From Podarcis tiliguerta (Eukaryota), in assembly GCA_965153285.1 (NCBI GenBank), contig OZ229118.1: a DNA stretch of 64,000 nt; one strand, given 5' to 3'. How positions within the stretch are numbered: the first letter of the stretch is position 1; each line of letters opens with the position of its first letter. A program made the translations under genes and the position numbers. The notes under the pieces were generated by a model. That model did no database searches. It saw nothing but the letters and a program-made list of their open reading frames with translations, and was not told the DNA's origin. Shown piece by piece: positions 53,430-64,000 of the stretch.

Positions 53430-54135
53430 TCGAGATAGAGAAACACCCTCACAACATGAACAAGCGTGACGACACATCCCGCTTGCCAGACATCTGGAAA
53501 TTAGCCCTCCCCACAAAATCTGACACCAGATCCAGAGGCACACAGAACGCCATCACCAATCAACCACACCAGACCCAAACCCAGACCCTCTCCACAGATA
53601 AACTACAGACACCATCCAGTAGCCAAACCAGGGTGGCACCTCCGGATGCTGCACTCCCCTGCAATCCCTACACAGATCTGGCTGGCACAGGCCACAAAAC
53701 CACAGCTCGCCCCTATACACGAAGCCAAGCCAGAGCACAACCAAGTGCAGTACAGCCATCTTCTCAGAAAAACTCTTCACAAAGTTCAAGAGTTCAAGAC
53801 ACGAAGGCTTTAGCAACTAATCCACACCTAATGACCCACCTAAGTGGGATTCAGGAAATCACTCAAGAAATCACTCAAGATATCCCTCAAGTAATTAAGG
53901 AACAAAAGAAGAAAAGGCACACTAGCCTGGGAACCTCCTCTCTGCCCAGAACATTGGAGGCTATACACCACACCTCCTCAACAGTATTTATAGGAACTCA
54001 AACACTGAGATCCTGCTCTGTTCCAGTAACAAGAAGCCGAAAGCACCAGCCTGAAGATGACGAGTGAGACCTCGTCGAAACGTCGCCTAGACACCCCAAC
54101 TTTTACACGGGAAGACACCCGAGGACACCAAAACC

Positions 54136-54140
<5 letters not shown>
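53430..54140 (+). mobile_element. Penelope-like element 3' end (inverted pseudo-LTR copy, no tail)
   Basis: EIEKHPHNMNKRDD..LPDIWK resembles the end of the Penelope GIY-YIG endonuclease; open frame to TGA at 54065-54067; hammerhead core; ends in (TA)n. Confidence 0.85.
54051..54084 (+). ncRNA. Minimal type I hammerhead ribozyme core
   Basis: CTGAAGA-T, helix II GACGAG/CTCGTC with loop TGAGAC, GAAA, CGTC (GUC cleavage triplet); helix I only ~2 bp (GC/GC). Confidence 0.7.
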
Positions 54141-54183
<43 letters not shown>

Positions 54184-54298
54184 ATAGAACTTACTTCCAT
54201 AGAGATCAAGTGATCTTCATCTCTTGATGCTTTCAAGTAGACTCAGAAGAATTTCTATTTTTTTTCCTCTCTACAACTTTTAATGGCTGATTCAGATT

Positions 54299-54646
54299 GG
54301 GTGGCGCTGTGGTGTAAACCTCTGAGCCTAGGGCTTTCCAATCAGAAGGTTGGCAGTTCGAATCCCCACGACAGGGTCAGCTCCCGTTGCTCTGTCCCAG
54401 CTCCTGCCAACCTAGCAGTTCGAAAGCACGTCAAAGTGAAAGTAGATAAATAGGTAACGCTCTGGAGGGAAGGTAAACGGTGTTTCCATGCGCTGCTCGG
54501 GTTTGCCAGAAGCGGCTTAGTCATGCTGGCCACATGACTCAGAAAAACTGTCTGCAGACAAACACTGGCTCCCTCTGCCAGTAAAGCATCACAACCCCAG
54601 AGTCATCCACAACTGGACTTAGCTTTTGGGGTCCTTTATCTTTTAC
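54299..54646 (+). mobile_element. Sauria SINE
   Basis: GGGTGGCGCTGTGG head through GGGGTCCTTTA tail; CAGATTGGG duplicated at both ends. Confidence 0.9.
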
Positions 54647-57120
54647 AGATTGGGCTATAGAGGTGGCTGCTTTGAGCTTTGGATGGCAGTCTCAATTTAT
54701 GCAGGTTTTTTGTATTATTATGAATGGTAGGAGGAATGGTTTGGGGAACAAATGTAGGTCAGTAGTAGAGCATATTCTCTACATGCAGAAGGTCATAGGC
54801 TGAAACTCTGGTGTCTCCCGGTAGAGATGGAAATGTGTCCCCAGGACACTCATGGCACTGCACTCTAAAGAATATCACAGGGCAGTGACTCAAAAATGGA
54901 CATATTCCATGATTTATCCTGCAATGCAGAATGCCTTTCCTTCTGTCATACACAAAGATTCAGATCATTGTTTCAACTGCCTTGTAAAGAGTAAGACGTA
55001 TCTTTTTTCTCAGGTTTTTCATGACCCATAAGATTTGCCCCTGTTATTACTGAATTCCTGTTTTAATCGGTGTTATATACAATACTGTTCTACCAGGTTT
55101 ATGGTTGATCACTGCTTTTTTATTATTATTTCTGCCATTTTCCCTTTTATTACATTTTCTTTTCATTATCCTGCTTTTGTTGTATTTTTGTATCCCACAT
55201 AGTGGTTTTCAAGTATTAAACGGTTTAGAAAGTTTTTTTTTTAAAGAAATAGTAAAGAAATAAAATACATGGAAGGTTGCTTTCCTTCTTCAGCTGCCAT
55301 TTCTTTTTACAGGGGCAGACAGCAACCGACATACACACATGCATGTTTTCAAGCAGAAACAGAATGCCTGAATTTTTGCAGCCAAGTATCTGTTCTCAAG
55401 TACAAACTGTAATAGAAGGCGATGCCTAGGACAGCTTTTCTCATAATCTTTGCAAAATCCACAGAACTCTACATTTCAGTCCTTAGCCCCAGCATTTCCT
55501 TTCATGTACATACCGCTCTAAAGTTTTCCACTTTGCTTTATAATCAGCTGCAAACGCATTTTTGTTCAGCAGAGCTCTTAGAATGGTTATGGTTTCTTAA
55601 TGGGGCAACTACTTGGAGTCGACAAAAGTGTTCATTTCCTAAGACTCTGGATACAAAGATGGGCGTAAAATGCTTCACTTCCTTTCCTCCCAATCTTGCC
55701 ACACAAATGCCAGCAAAGAGAAATGGGAGGAAAGTGCCGTTAATCTGAATAAAAATTTAAAGTTTGACTGTTTGGGGGGTGGGGAGTGTCCTTAAGCAAA
55801 GTGTTAATTGGGCAAGTCTCCTTTGGATAGGTGTAAATAGATTCTTTCCCACCCACTTGTCACTTATTCAATGAATTTCATTATCACCTTGCCAGAAGGC
55901 AGGGACTCAATTACACCTAGCCAGAGGGGAGCAGAGTGGTAACCAGCTCGGTTTAATGAGCTAGAACAGAAGTAGGTCGATGAATATGTATAATTTACTA
56001 GAATGACGACCATGTAAATCTATCAGTGCTTCACAAACTGGCATCCACAGTCATGTGAAGACTACTGACAATGCACTGACACAATGAGCGATGTGTAGTA
56101 GCACAGGGTCGCTCATCCAACTACCTCCTTGTTTAACAGCTTCATGTTGGAAATCAGAAAAATGGTGAGCATTGTGTTGCGATGCTGTCAACATTCACAA
56201 TTCATGGGAAACGGCCTTATACTGAATCAGGCCATTGGTCCATCAAGCTCAGCACTGCTTATGTCGTCTTGCAGCAGCTCCTCAGGGTGGCAGGATTATC
56301 TCCCTGTCCTACCAGGAGATAATGGAGATTGAACCTTAAGACTTTTTGTATTCAGGGCATGTGCTCTTCCACTGACCTACCATCAGTTCCCTTCCTTTTT
56401 TCTGGAATATGAATGTTGGTGATTCAGAATTTTCATCTGTGATATCATTTAATCTGAGCCAGAGAAGAACTCCTCTGATACCCTCCAACCCATTCAATCA
56501 CTTACCTGACTGCTCCTGCAGCTGCAGCCACATTGTGGAAAGAGGCAGTCAGGAGTATACATCATTCCAAGCACCAGGAGGCCTATGGCGTAAGGTATTT
56601 TAGTGCTTTAGAACCAGTAAATGGGCAGCTGCTGACAAATCCCTTGTATTTAACGTGTCCTTGTTTACCATAAAAACAATATTTTATTTTTTACAGCAGT
56701 TGATTTTGTTGCGATCAGTTTAAAATAGAAGGTACTATCTTTACTTTTCAATGCAGCCTGCACTGCACTCTCTTTAAGACCACAGAGGTGGCCCCTGACA
56801 ATGTCAGTTCCTAGATTCAGGTAGTTTATTTGTATCTAGTTATCATCACAAAACAAGAGTGTGACAAAGGGACCTCCATATCCCAATAAAATAACACAAA
56901 GTAATATCAATAAGTGTTCACTTAGAACCAATTGAAACTACAGACAATACAATCAAATGTAAAATTCTGAATGTTTCTGGCAGAAACATCTGATAGAAAC
57001 CCACAACTCCTCCATGCATCTCCTGTTCATTTTTAGTTAAAGTAGTGTGAAATTTCCCCGAATATAATGCATGTCTCACTGAATCCACTGAAATGTGGAT
57101 TTCTGTGAACACCTTACCTT

Positions 57121-57489
57121 AAAGGTAAAGGTAAAGGACCCCTGACAGTTAAGTCCAGTTGTGACCGACTCTGGGGTTGTGGCACTCATCTCACATTACT
57201 GGCCGAGGGAGCCGACATTTGTCAGCAGACGGTTTCTCCAGGTCACGTGGCCAGCCTGACTAAGCCACTTCTGGGAAAACAAGAGCAGCACGTGGAAACG
57301 CTGTTTACCTTCCCACCGGAGCAGTACCTATATATCTACTTGCAGTTTGACGTGCTTTTGAACTGCTAGGTTGGCAGGTGCAGGGACTGAGCAACGGGAG
57401 CTGACCCCGTCGTGGGGATTCGAACCACCACCCTTCCGATCAGCAAGCCCAAGGCTCAGTGGTTTATACCATAGCCCCACCCACATCCC
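57121..57489 (-). mobile_element. Sauria SINE, full length
   Basis: AAAGGTAAAGGTAAAGG tail; CTTACCTTA repeated on both flanks. Confidence 0.9.
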
Positions 57490-58915
57490 GCATCTTACCT
57501 TACCCCAGTATATATATATTGCTTGGCTAGAGAACTGTATCACAAAATTTGGAGAACTGAAAACTTTCATAGGAGGGCTATGTTCTGATGTTATCTCAGA
57601 AAGTACGAATTAGGTAGATTCTCCTTTAAATGAGAACTGAATCTATCCCCCTCCCCGCCCGCCCGCATCCCTATTTCCATACAATGCTTTAATTTTCTCA
57701 AATCAGTACTTTTGGGTGTGTGTGACGCATCTGAAGGCAATCATAATCAAAGTGTTAGTATAGTAGTTACTGTATCTCTTTGTCTAAATGCTCCCGCAGT
57801 TGCTGATGGCAATGGTATTAAATGAATTCTCTACAGTTATCTGGGCATGTATTTATGGTAACTAAATTTGTTGAAATATCTCAAACTCTGCATTTGACAA
57901 AGGGATGCAATACAAGGTTATTAAGTTTCATTTAGACTCTATTCCTTGGATACACTCCATTTATTCTGAATTGAAAAAGTGTCCAAATGTCCAATTCTTT
58001 ATTAAAAGAGTAGCCATAAAACAGATATATTATCTCCTTTTGAAGAAATTTTATTGCTCACCTCCCACTAAGATAAAGTATTAAAACCATTATGCGTATG
58101 AGATGATTCTGGGAAAATAAAATAAGAGATGAAACGTCTGCCTTTTTTGCTTATGAAAATGTTAAGTGTCACATCAAATCTTCTAGAACTTCCAAAGGGG
58201 GAAACTTGAATATTCTAAAAACTAGAAACATCCAGCCTGGAAACCCTTAGGACTCATTGTATAGTTTCACACACATAAATATGTACACCAAGTAACTAAA
58301 GCTGAGATGACATCTTTGGCTTTGAATACAAAACTCAAAGCTCTGAAGACGGATTTTAAGTAAACAGTCTGCCAGCCATATAGCACAGTGAAGAGAAATG
58401 TTCTTACTGCTAATTTACGCATGCAAATTAGTTCTGTCTCTTGTATCGATAAATCAATACAGTATAATGAATTCCTTGGGCAGAATTCAAATATCCCCCC
58501 CCCCCAAAAAAAAAAAAATACATGCACAAAGTTTGTGTGGAAGTAAATGTCTTGCACCAAACACTCCCAGGAGATTTTTCAGATTATGTCCTTGCATGAA
58601 ATGTAGCCCTTTAATAATTATATATTGTTAAATACTAAAATTCTCATTACTAAAATGTGTACGGAATTTTTAATCTCTCCAGATATTTGCTGACATTGAT
58701 CCAAATCAAGTTTTGTTTTGTTTTGAATCCTGCACACCTGCTTTCATCATTGTTCCTGTTGCAAGTTTATTTTGTTTCTTGAGTTCCTGCTAACCCTCCC
58801 CCAAATAAAATGAAAATGCAATGCCATGATGAATGAGCTCTCCATCATTCCTCTGTGTGGCCCTCCTCTACTGCCCACCGCCAGACTCATCTTCCTGATT
58901 CAGGTGGTTTTCAAA

Positions 58916-59377
58916 TTGTTGTTGTTGTTTAGTCATTTAGTTGTGTCCGACTCTTCATGACCCCATGGTCCAGAGCACGCCAGGCACTCCTGTCTTCCAC
59001 TGTCTCCTGCAGTTTGGTCAAACTCATGTTGGTACCTTCAAGAACACTGTCCAGACATCTTATCCTCTGTCGTCCACTTCTCCTTGTGCCCTCCATCTTT
59101 CCCAACATCAGGGTCTTTTCCAGGGAGTCTTATGTTCTCATGAGGTGGCCAAAGTATTGGAGCCTCAGCTTCACGATCTGTCCTTCCAGTGAGCACTCAG
59201 GGCTGCTTTCCTTAAGAATGGACAGGTCTGATCTTCTTGCAGTCCATGGGACTCTCAAGAGTCTCCTCCAGCACCATAATTCAAAAGCATCCATTCTTTG
59301 GCAATCAGCCTTCTTTATGGTCCAGCTTTCACTTCCATACATCACTACTGGGAAAACCATAGCTTTAACTATACGGA
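58916..59377 (-). mobile_element. BovB/RTE LINE 3' fragment
   Basis: VKAMVFPVVMYGSESWTIKK..DAFELWCWRRLLRVPWTARR peptide, (CAA)n tail. Confidence 0.93.
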
Positions 59378-60428
59378 TTGAACAAATTAATGGAAGGTTA
59401 CTCAATGGCTACTGTCCTTAAATGATGGTCTATTACCTGCAGGATCAGAAGCTGCATGGCTAAATGCTAGTCACTGGGGAACAACACTAGGAAAGAATAA
59501 TGGTGATCATATCTTGATTGTGGGATTTCCCAGAAGCTTCTGGCTGACCGCCAAGTGAAACAGGATGCTGGACTAGGCAGACTTCTTACATTCTGACATA
59601 GCTCAGACTGCTTTTACATTCAGGCACATCTATTTGAGAGCCACATTCCCGTGGTGCAATCCTTTGTGCCTGCTGTAAGTTTGTTTGAAGACCACATTAA
59701 CCAGATGTTCAGGGTTGAACATGTCGCTCTTTTTCACTCAGTTGTCAGGCTCCTTTCCAGCAGCATCCTGTTGGCTGGGGAAGATGCAGTCAATTCCATT
59801 CACACTATTTACAGCTGCAATATTTACACATATACCACAATTACGTGTGAAGTATGAAAGTGCACAACTGCACACTTCCAGCAGAAAATGGTGGGGAGAT
59901 TTCCTGGGGCGGCAGGGGAACTCAGTTCAGAGCATGTCCTCATCAGGGCTTTTTGGCTGCCATTATTGTCTTTTCTGTAGTGCTGACAGTGATATAGATT
60001 ACATCCCTCTCAATGGTCAGGTGCTCCCATCCTGCATGCCATATAGTGATCTGGAGAAAGTGGGGGAGAGAGAAGCTGGCAGATTGAGACGGCTGACAAC
60101 AGTGAAGATTCCCTAAGCTTGGACTTTCTGATTATTTGAGAATTCTCTGAGAAACCCAAGCTTCCCCCCTGGAATCCTTCAAATTGGGTAAGCGAATTTA
60201 GGCCAATGACTTGTAGCCAGCATGGCCTGAGCCAGCATTCCCTTATCCAGATAAAACCCTGTGCCATAGTAATATCCATGGCATGACTTGGCTTCTAAAA
60301 CAACCATTTTGTTCCCTGCAGAGGGCTGAAGCTATTCTCAGTTTCTAAATGTAATTATCTGCATGAAAGCAGTTGTCTATATGCTTGCTTTGGCAGAATA
60401 CCATTGATTTCAGGGAACTTTAACCATA

Positions 60429-60654
60429 CAGTGGTACCTCTGGTTACATACTTAATTCATTCCGGAGGTCCGTTCTTAACCTGAAACTGTTCTTAACCTG
60501 AAGCACCACTTTAGCTAATGGGGCCTCCTACTGCCGCGCCACTGCCGGAGCACGATTTCTGTTCTCATCTTGAAGCAAAGTTCTTAACCCGAGGTAATAT
60601 TTCTGGGTTAGCGGAGTCTGTAACCTGAAACATATGTAACCCGAGGTACCATTG
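60429..60654 (-). mobile_element. Tigger/pogo-like MITE
   Basis: CAGTGGTACCTC / GAGGTACCATTG TIRs, TA on both sides. Confidence 0.88.
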
Positions 60655-63433
60655 TACTTCTTCCCACTTTGGGGTGATATCTCTGCATGCAAGTGGTGTG
60701 TCTCTCTGCTTTCTTCATGCCCAATTCAGTGACATTTTGCATGACTAATAGTGCACTCTTATGCATGCTACTCCAATGCAAGTCCATCTGGGTGCACTGG
60801 GACTTGTTCTTAAGTGAATTTGCATAGGGTTACAGCCTAAGTCTCACCAAAAGCAGTGAGAAGTTACATGTGTGGCTGATGTCCTCCAATGGCTTCTGTG
60901 GGACATGAAGCACAATACTGTGACTGTCTATTCAAGAGTATGTCCCATTATGTTCAATGGGAAATGTCACAAGGATATGAGCATAGGAGTGTAGTCTTAG
61001 TTTTGACCAAGGACTTGCCCATAATTCCACTTGTCCCATGCCCAGAGACCATGGATCCAAGTGGTTGACCCATTCTTTCTAGACAAGGCTCTGAGTGGTT
61101 TCCCCATTGCCTTGCTCCTTTCCCAAGGGAAACCCACTCTTTAGCACTAAATTGGAATGGCAATCCACAGAAAACCTGGTTGCCATTTGCTCTGATTGAG
61201 CACTAAAGAACAGTTTCCCACAGGGAAAAGCAGCAGGACAAGAGGAAGTGTGAATAAACCCTAACTGTGCCTTGATTAGGGCTTTCAGATATAACAGGAT
61301 CCATTATGACAACTGGAATTTGACTCATTGAGGGTAAATTTGTGTCACAAATGCATCTATTAAATAAGTGCTAAAGCTCTTGATATCAATGAGACAAGGT
61401 AATAATGTAGATATTTGTGACCTTTCTAGATACCTTTAAATATAGAAATATGCAGGTGCTTCTGTATTTGCAAAATAAAGAAGCACATGAAGAATGAAGT
61501 GTATGCTTAATTCCCACTTTAAAAAAAGACCTAAAAGTGGGAGTCTACCCTTTATTTCAAAGTATTTTGTAATTTAGACAAATATGCTATCATCTCCTCA
61601 GATGCTGATTTTTCATAGCTAGTGATTTAGTTAACTTGCACCAGTTGTGTTTTTGCATACATTATAAATGTGCTTGGATTTCTAAAATACTAAATCACCT
61701 CTTATCCTTGGGAACACCTTTACAGCTCATTTCATTAACCTCATTTTAAAATTGATTTTAGAAGTGAGTTTTTGTGCATTTTTTTTTTTAAAAAGCACAA
61801 CTCATAAAGGCATTGTTCTGTCAGAAGGCTGAGTAACCTTGGGTATATTAGCAGTACATACAACTCAAGAAGTTTGGAAGAAACAATGGTCGGGAGCATT
61901 ACAATAATTCATACTTTCTAGAGACTGCGCCACTAAATTCATCCTGTAATGAACTAGTGTCCATTTATGGTATCAGTTATAAGAAGTGACACAAATCTCT
62001 CAACATGCCCACACCATCTCATGACCATACAGCTGCATATAATTCATGTAAGTTAGAACATTTTCTACTCTACATTTTGGAGCACCATGTTGCTTTTTTT
62101 TTTAACATCAACCCATGTACAGCTATTCATACATGCATCTGCACATGTGTGAAAACCCTTGGGCAGCATAATGTATGAAACACCCTCTTGGAAACAAGAG
62201 CTCAGCCTAGAAATGGAGAACTCTCACAGGAACTGAAATGAACAACATGATGATAAATGATAAAAGGTTGAGTTCATATGCTTGGACATCCAAGCAAAGG
62301 GCCGCTAGCAGGCTTGAGACTCAGCAGGGATTGCTTGGAAATACTGATTGTCAACCCAATTCATCCTACTGGCTTTCCCCTTCTCGAGTGTCTTAGCTTC
62401 CATCCTCCCTGTCCATAGTTTCCACAGAAATTCTTTGCCTCCCACAAAACCGGTGTAAGCCATAAGGCAATAAATGCAAATTTTGCAGCAGCAAAACTGT
62501 ACCATCATGCAACTAATTGGGAATGAAACATGTCCAAGAAAACAGTTCTGGTGGATTGTATCCCATGAGTGGCAGTCTACAATTTGTTAGTTTGGAGTTC
62601 CACGGCCATTTTTTAATTATTATTTTTTTGCCTCATAGAATAAAGCCATTTTAAGTAGTTTTTAATTATCTTCCCACAGGGTTTGGCATTGTGCGTTGGA
62701 GAATTAATTAACATGTAGCCTGTAGGGTTTCACTGAGAAGACTGACATTTTTCTCACTGACTTCAGTCAGAGGAAATTTAACCTCAGGGTATTTTACATT
62801 ATATTTTCAACCGGTGTATGTGTGTGTGTGGAACTAACTTTCTATACGGCAATGTGAATATAAAAAGATGCAAGCAAGCACTGGCAAATGAAAGGTTAAC
62901 ATAAACTCCATTATAAGAACAGTTACTTGTATTTGATCATAAAATTGCATTTCCCCCAGATTTTCAGTTTGCTGAATGTTATTCTGGGCAACATTAGGCT
63001 GCAGGTTGTCCCTTTCTGGCCTCATTGTCACTCTCTACTTGATACCATTTTGGGGCTTTTACTATGGATTCAGGTTCCTGTGAAGCTGAAAAGCTAAAGG
63101 TCATTCATTAATTGAAAACATTTTTAAATCCTCCTTTTCAATAAAATATTCTAAACCACCCTGAACCTTGGATGAAGGGGGGTATAGAAAATACTGCTTT
63201 TAAAAAAATGTGGTAACGACATTTGTTACTGGTTGAACACACATTGTAAGCAAAAGTAGATTACCTTGTTTTTTTTAAAGCTGCAAAATTCCTAGATGCT
63301 GGTTTGATACCTCAGGAAAACAATAGCATTTTAACTCCCTCTGAAACAATTGGCACCAGACAAACAGATAAAGGAAAGGAAATGCATCACTGACGTGACA
63401 ACACCAAAAGGTCCTTTCTTGATATCCACTCAC

Positions 63434-63862
63434 CCCAGTAGTGATGTATGGAAGTGAGAGCTGGACCATAAAGAAGGCTGATCACCGAAGAATGGATGCT
63501 TTTGAATTATGGTGCTGGAGGAGACTCTTGAGAGTCCCATGGACTGCAAGAAGATCAAACCTATCCATTCTTAAGGAAATCAGCCCTGAGTGCTCACTGG
63601 AAGGACAGATCGTGAAGCTGAGGCTCCAATACTTTGGCCACCTCATGAGAACATAAGACTCCCTGGAAAAGACCCTGATGTTGGGAAAGATTGAGGGCAC
63701 AAGGAGAAGGGGATGACAGAGGACGAGATGGTTGGACAGTGTTCTTGAAGCTACCAGCATGAGTTTGACGAAACTGCAGGAGACAGTGGAAGACAGGAGT
63801 GCCTGGCGTTTTCTAGTCCATGCGGTCACGAAGAGTCGGACACGACTAAACAACAACAACAA
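63434..63862 (+). mobile_element. BovB/RTE LINE 3' fragment
   Basis: MYGSESWTIKKADHRRMDAFELWCWRRLLRVPW peptide with in-frame stops; ends CGACTAAA(CAA)n. Confidence 0.93.
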
Positions 63863-64000
63863 ATCTCAGAAGGTGGAAGCATCCAGAGTTGGGAATCTAA
63901 TGATGATCTTAATAAATAGGCAGGTTCATGATGGAGTAAATAACTTAGTTCCAAACTGCTGAGGCCTTAACGGTTAAAACCACCATCATGTTTGCTTATA

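Larger units (their letters stand above)
52742..54140. repeat. Long inverted repeat: 688-bp arms (52742-53429, 53453-54140) with a 23-nt spacer
   Basis: Mirror ORFs 52815-53543(-) and 53339-54067(+) translate identically apart from the centre; paired coordinates sum to 106882. Confidence 0.97.

Noticed and set aside
52815-54067. Twin 242-aa and 87-aa ORFs on opposite strands as a novel gene pair
   Set aside because: They are a by-product of the palindrome; the first ~30 aa are the antisense arm and the rest is a 5'-truncated Penelope ORF tail with no RT.
403-63962. Remaining 60-180 aa ORFs in the six-frame track
   Set aside because: No recognisable domains; many use non-ATG starts, run through microsatellites (poly-I, poly-Y, CV, ER) or are antisense/alternative frames of CR1, L2, BovB and SINEs.

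Overview
Vertebrate genomic DNA, almost certainly a squamate and probably a lacertid lizard (inferred from Sauria SINEs, BovB/RTE, CR1, L2, Rex1/Babar and Penelope repeats). The window is AT-rich, repeat-dense and essentially intronic/intergenic, with one 200-N scaffold gap (23853-24052). The only recognisable host coding sequence is a single intact MMP13-like exon (24201-24442, +) just after the gap; I could not find its neighbouring exons. The most striking structure is a ~1.4 kb palindrome (52742-54140; 688-bp arms, 23-nt spacer) made of two head-to-head Penelope-like retroelement 3' ends inserted in (TA)n. Each arm carries a minimal hammerhead ribozyme core that overlaps the end of the element ORF. 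Other points of interest are a young CR1 with an open RT frame, an L2 nested in a BovB, tRNA-Asn and tRNA-Lys heads fused to CR1 tails, a dispersed ~90-bp hairpin family and a candidate micro-exon. I cannot support a wholly new biological system; most signals fit known transposon biology. All family assignments are by recognition from memory, not database search.
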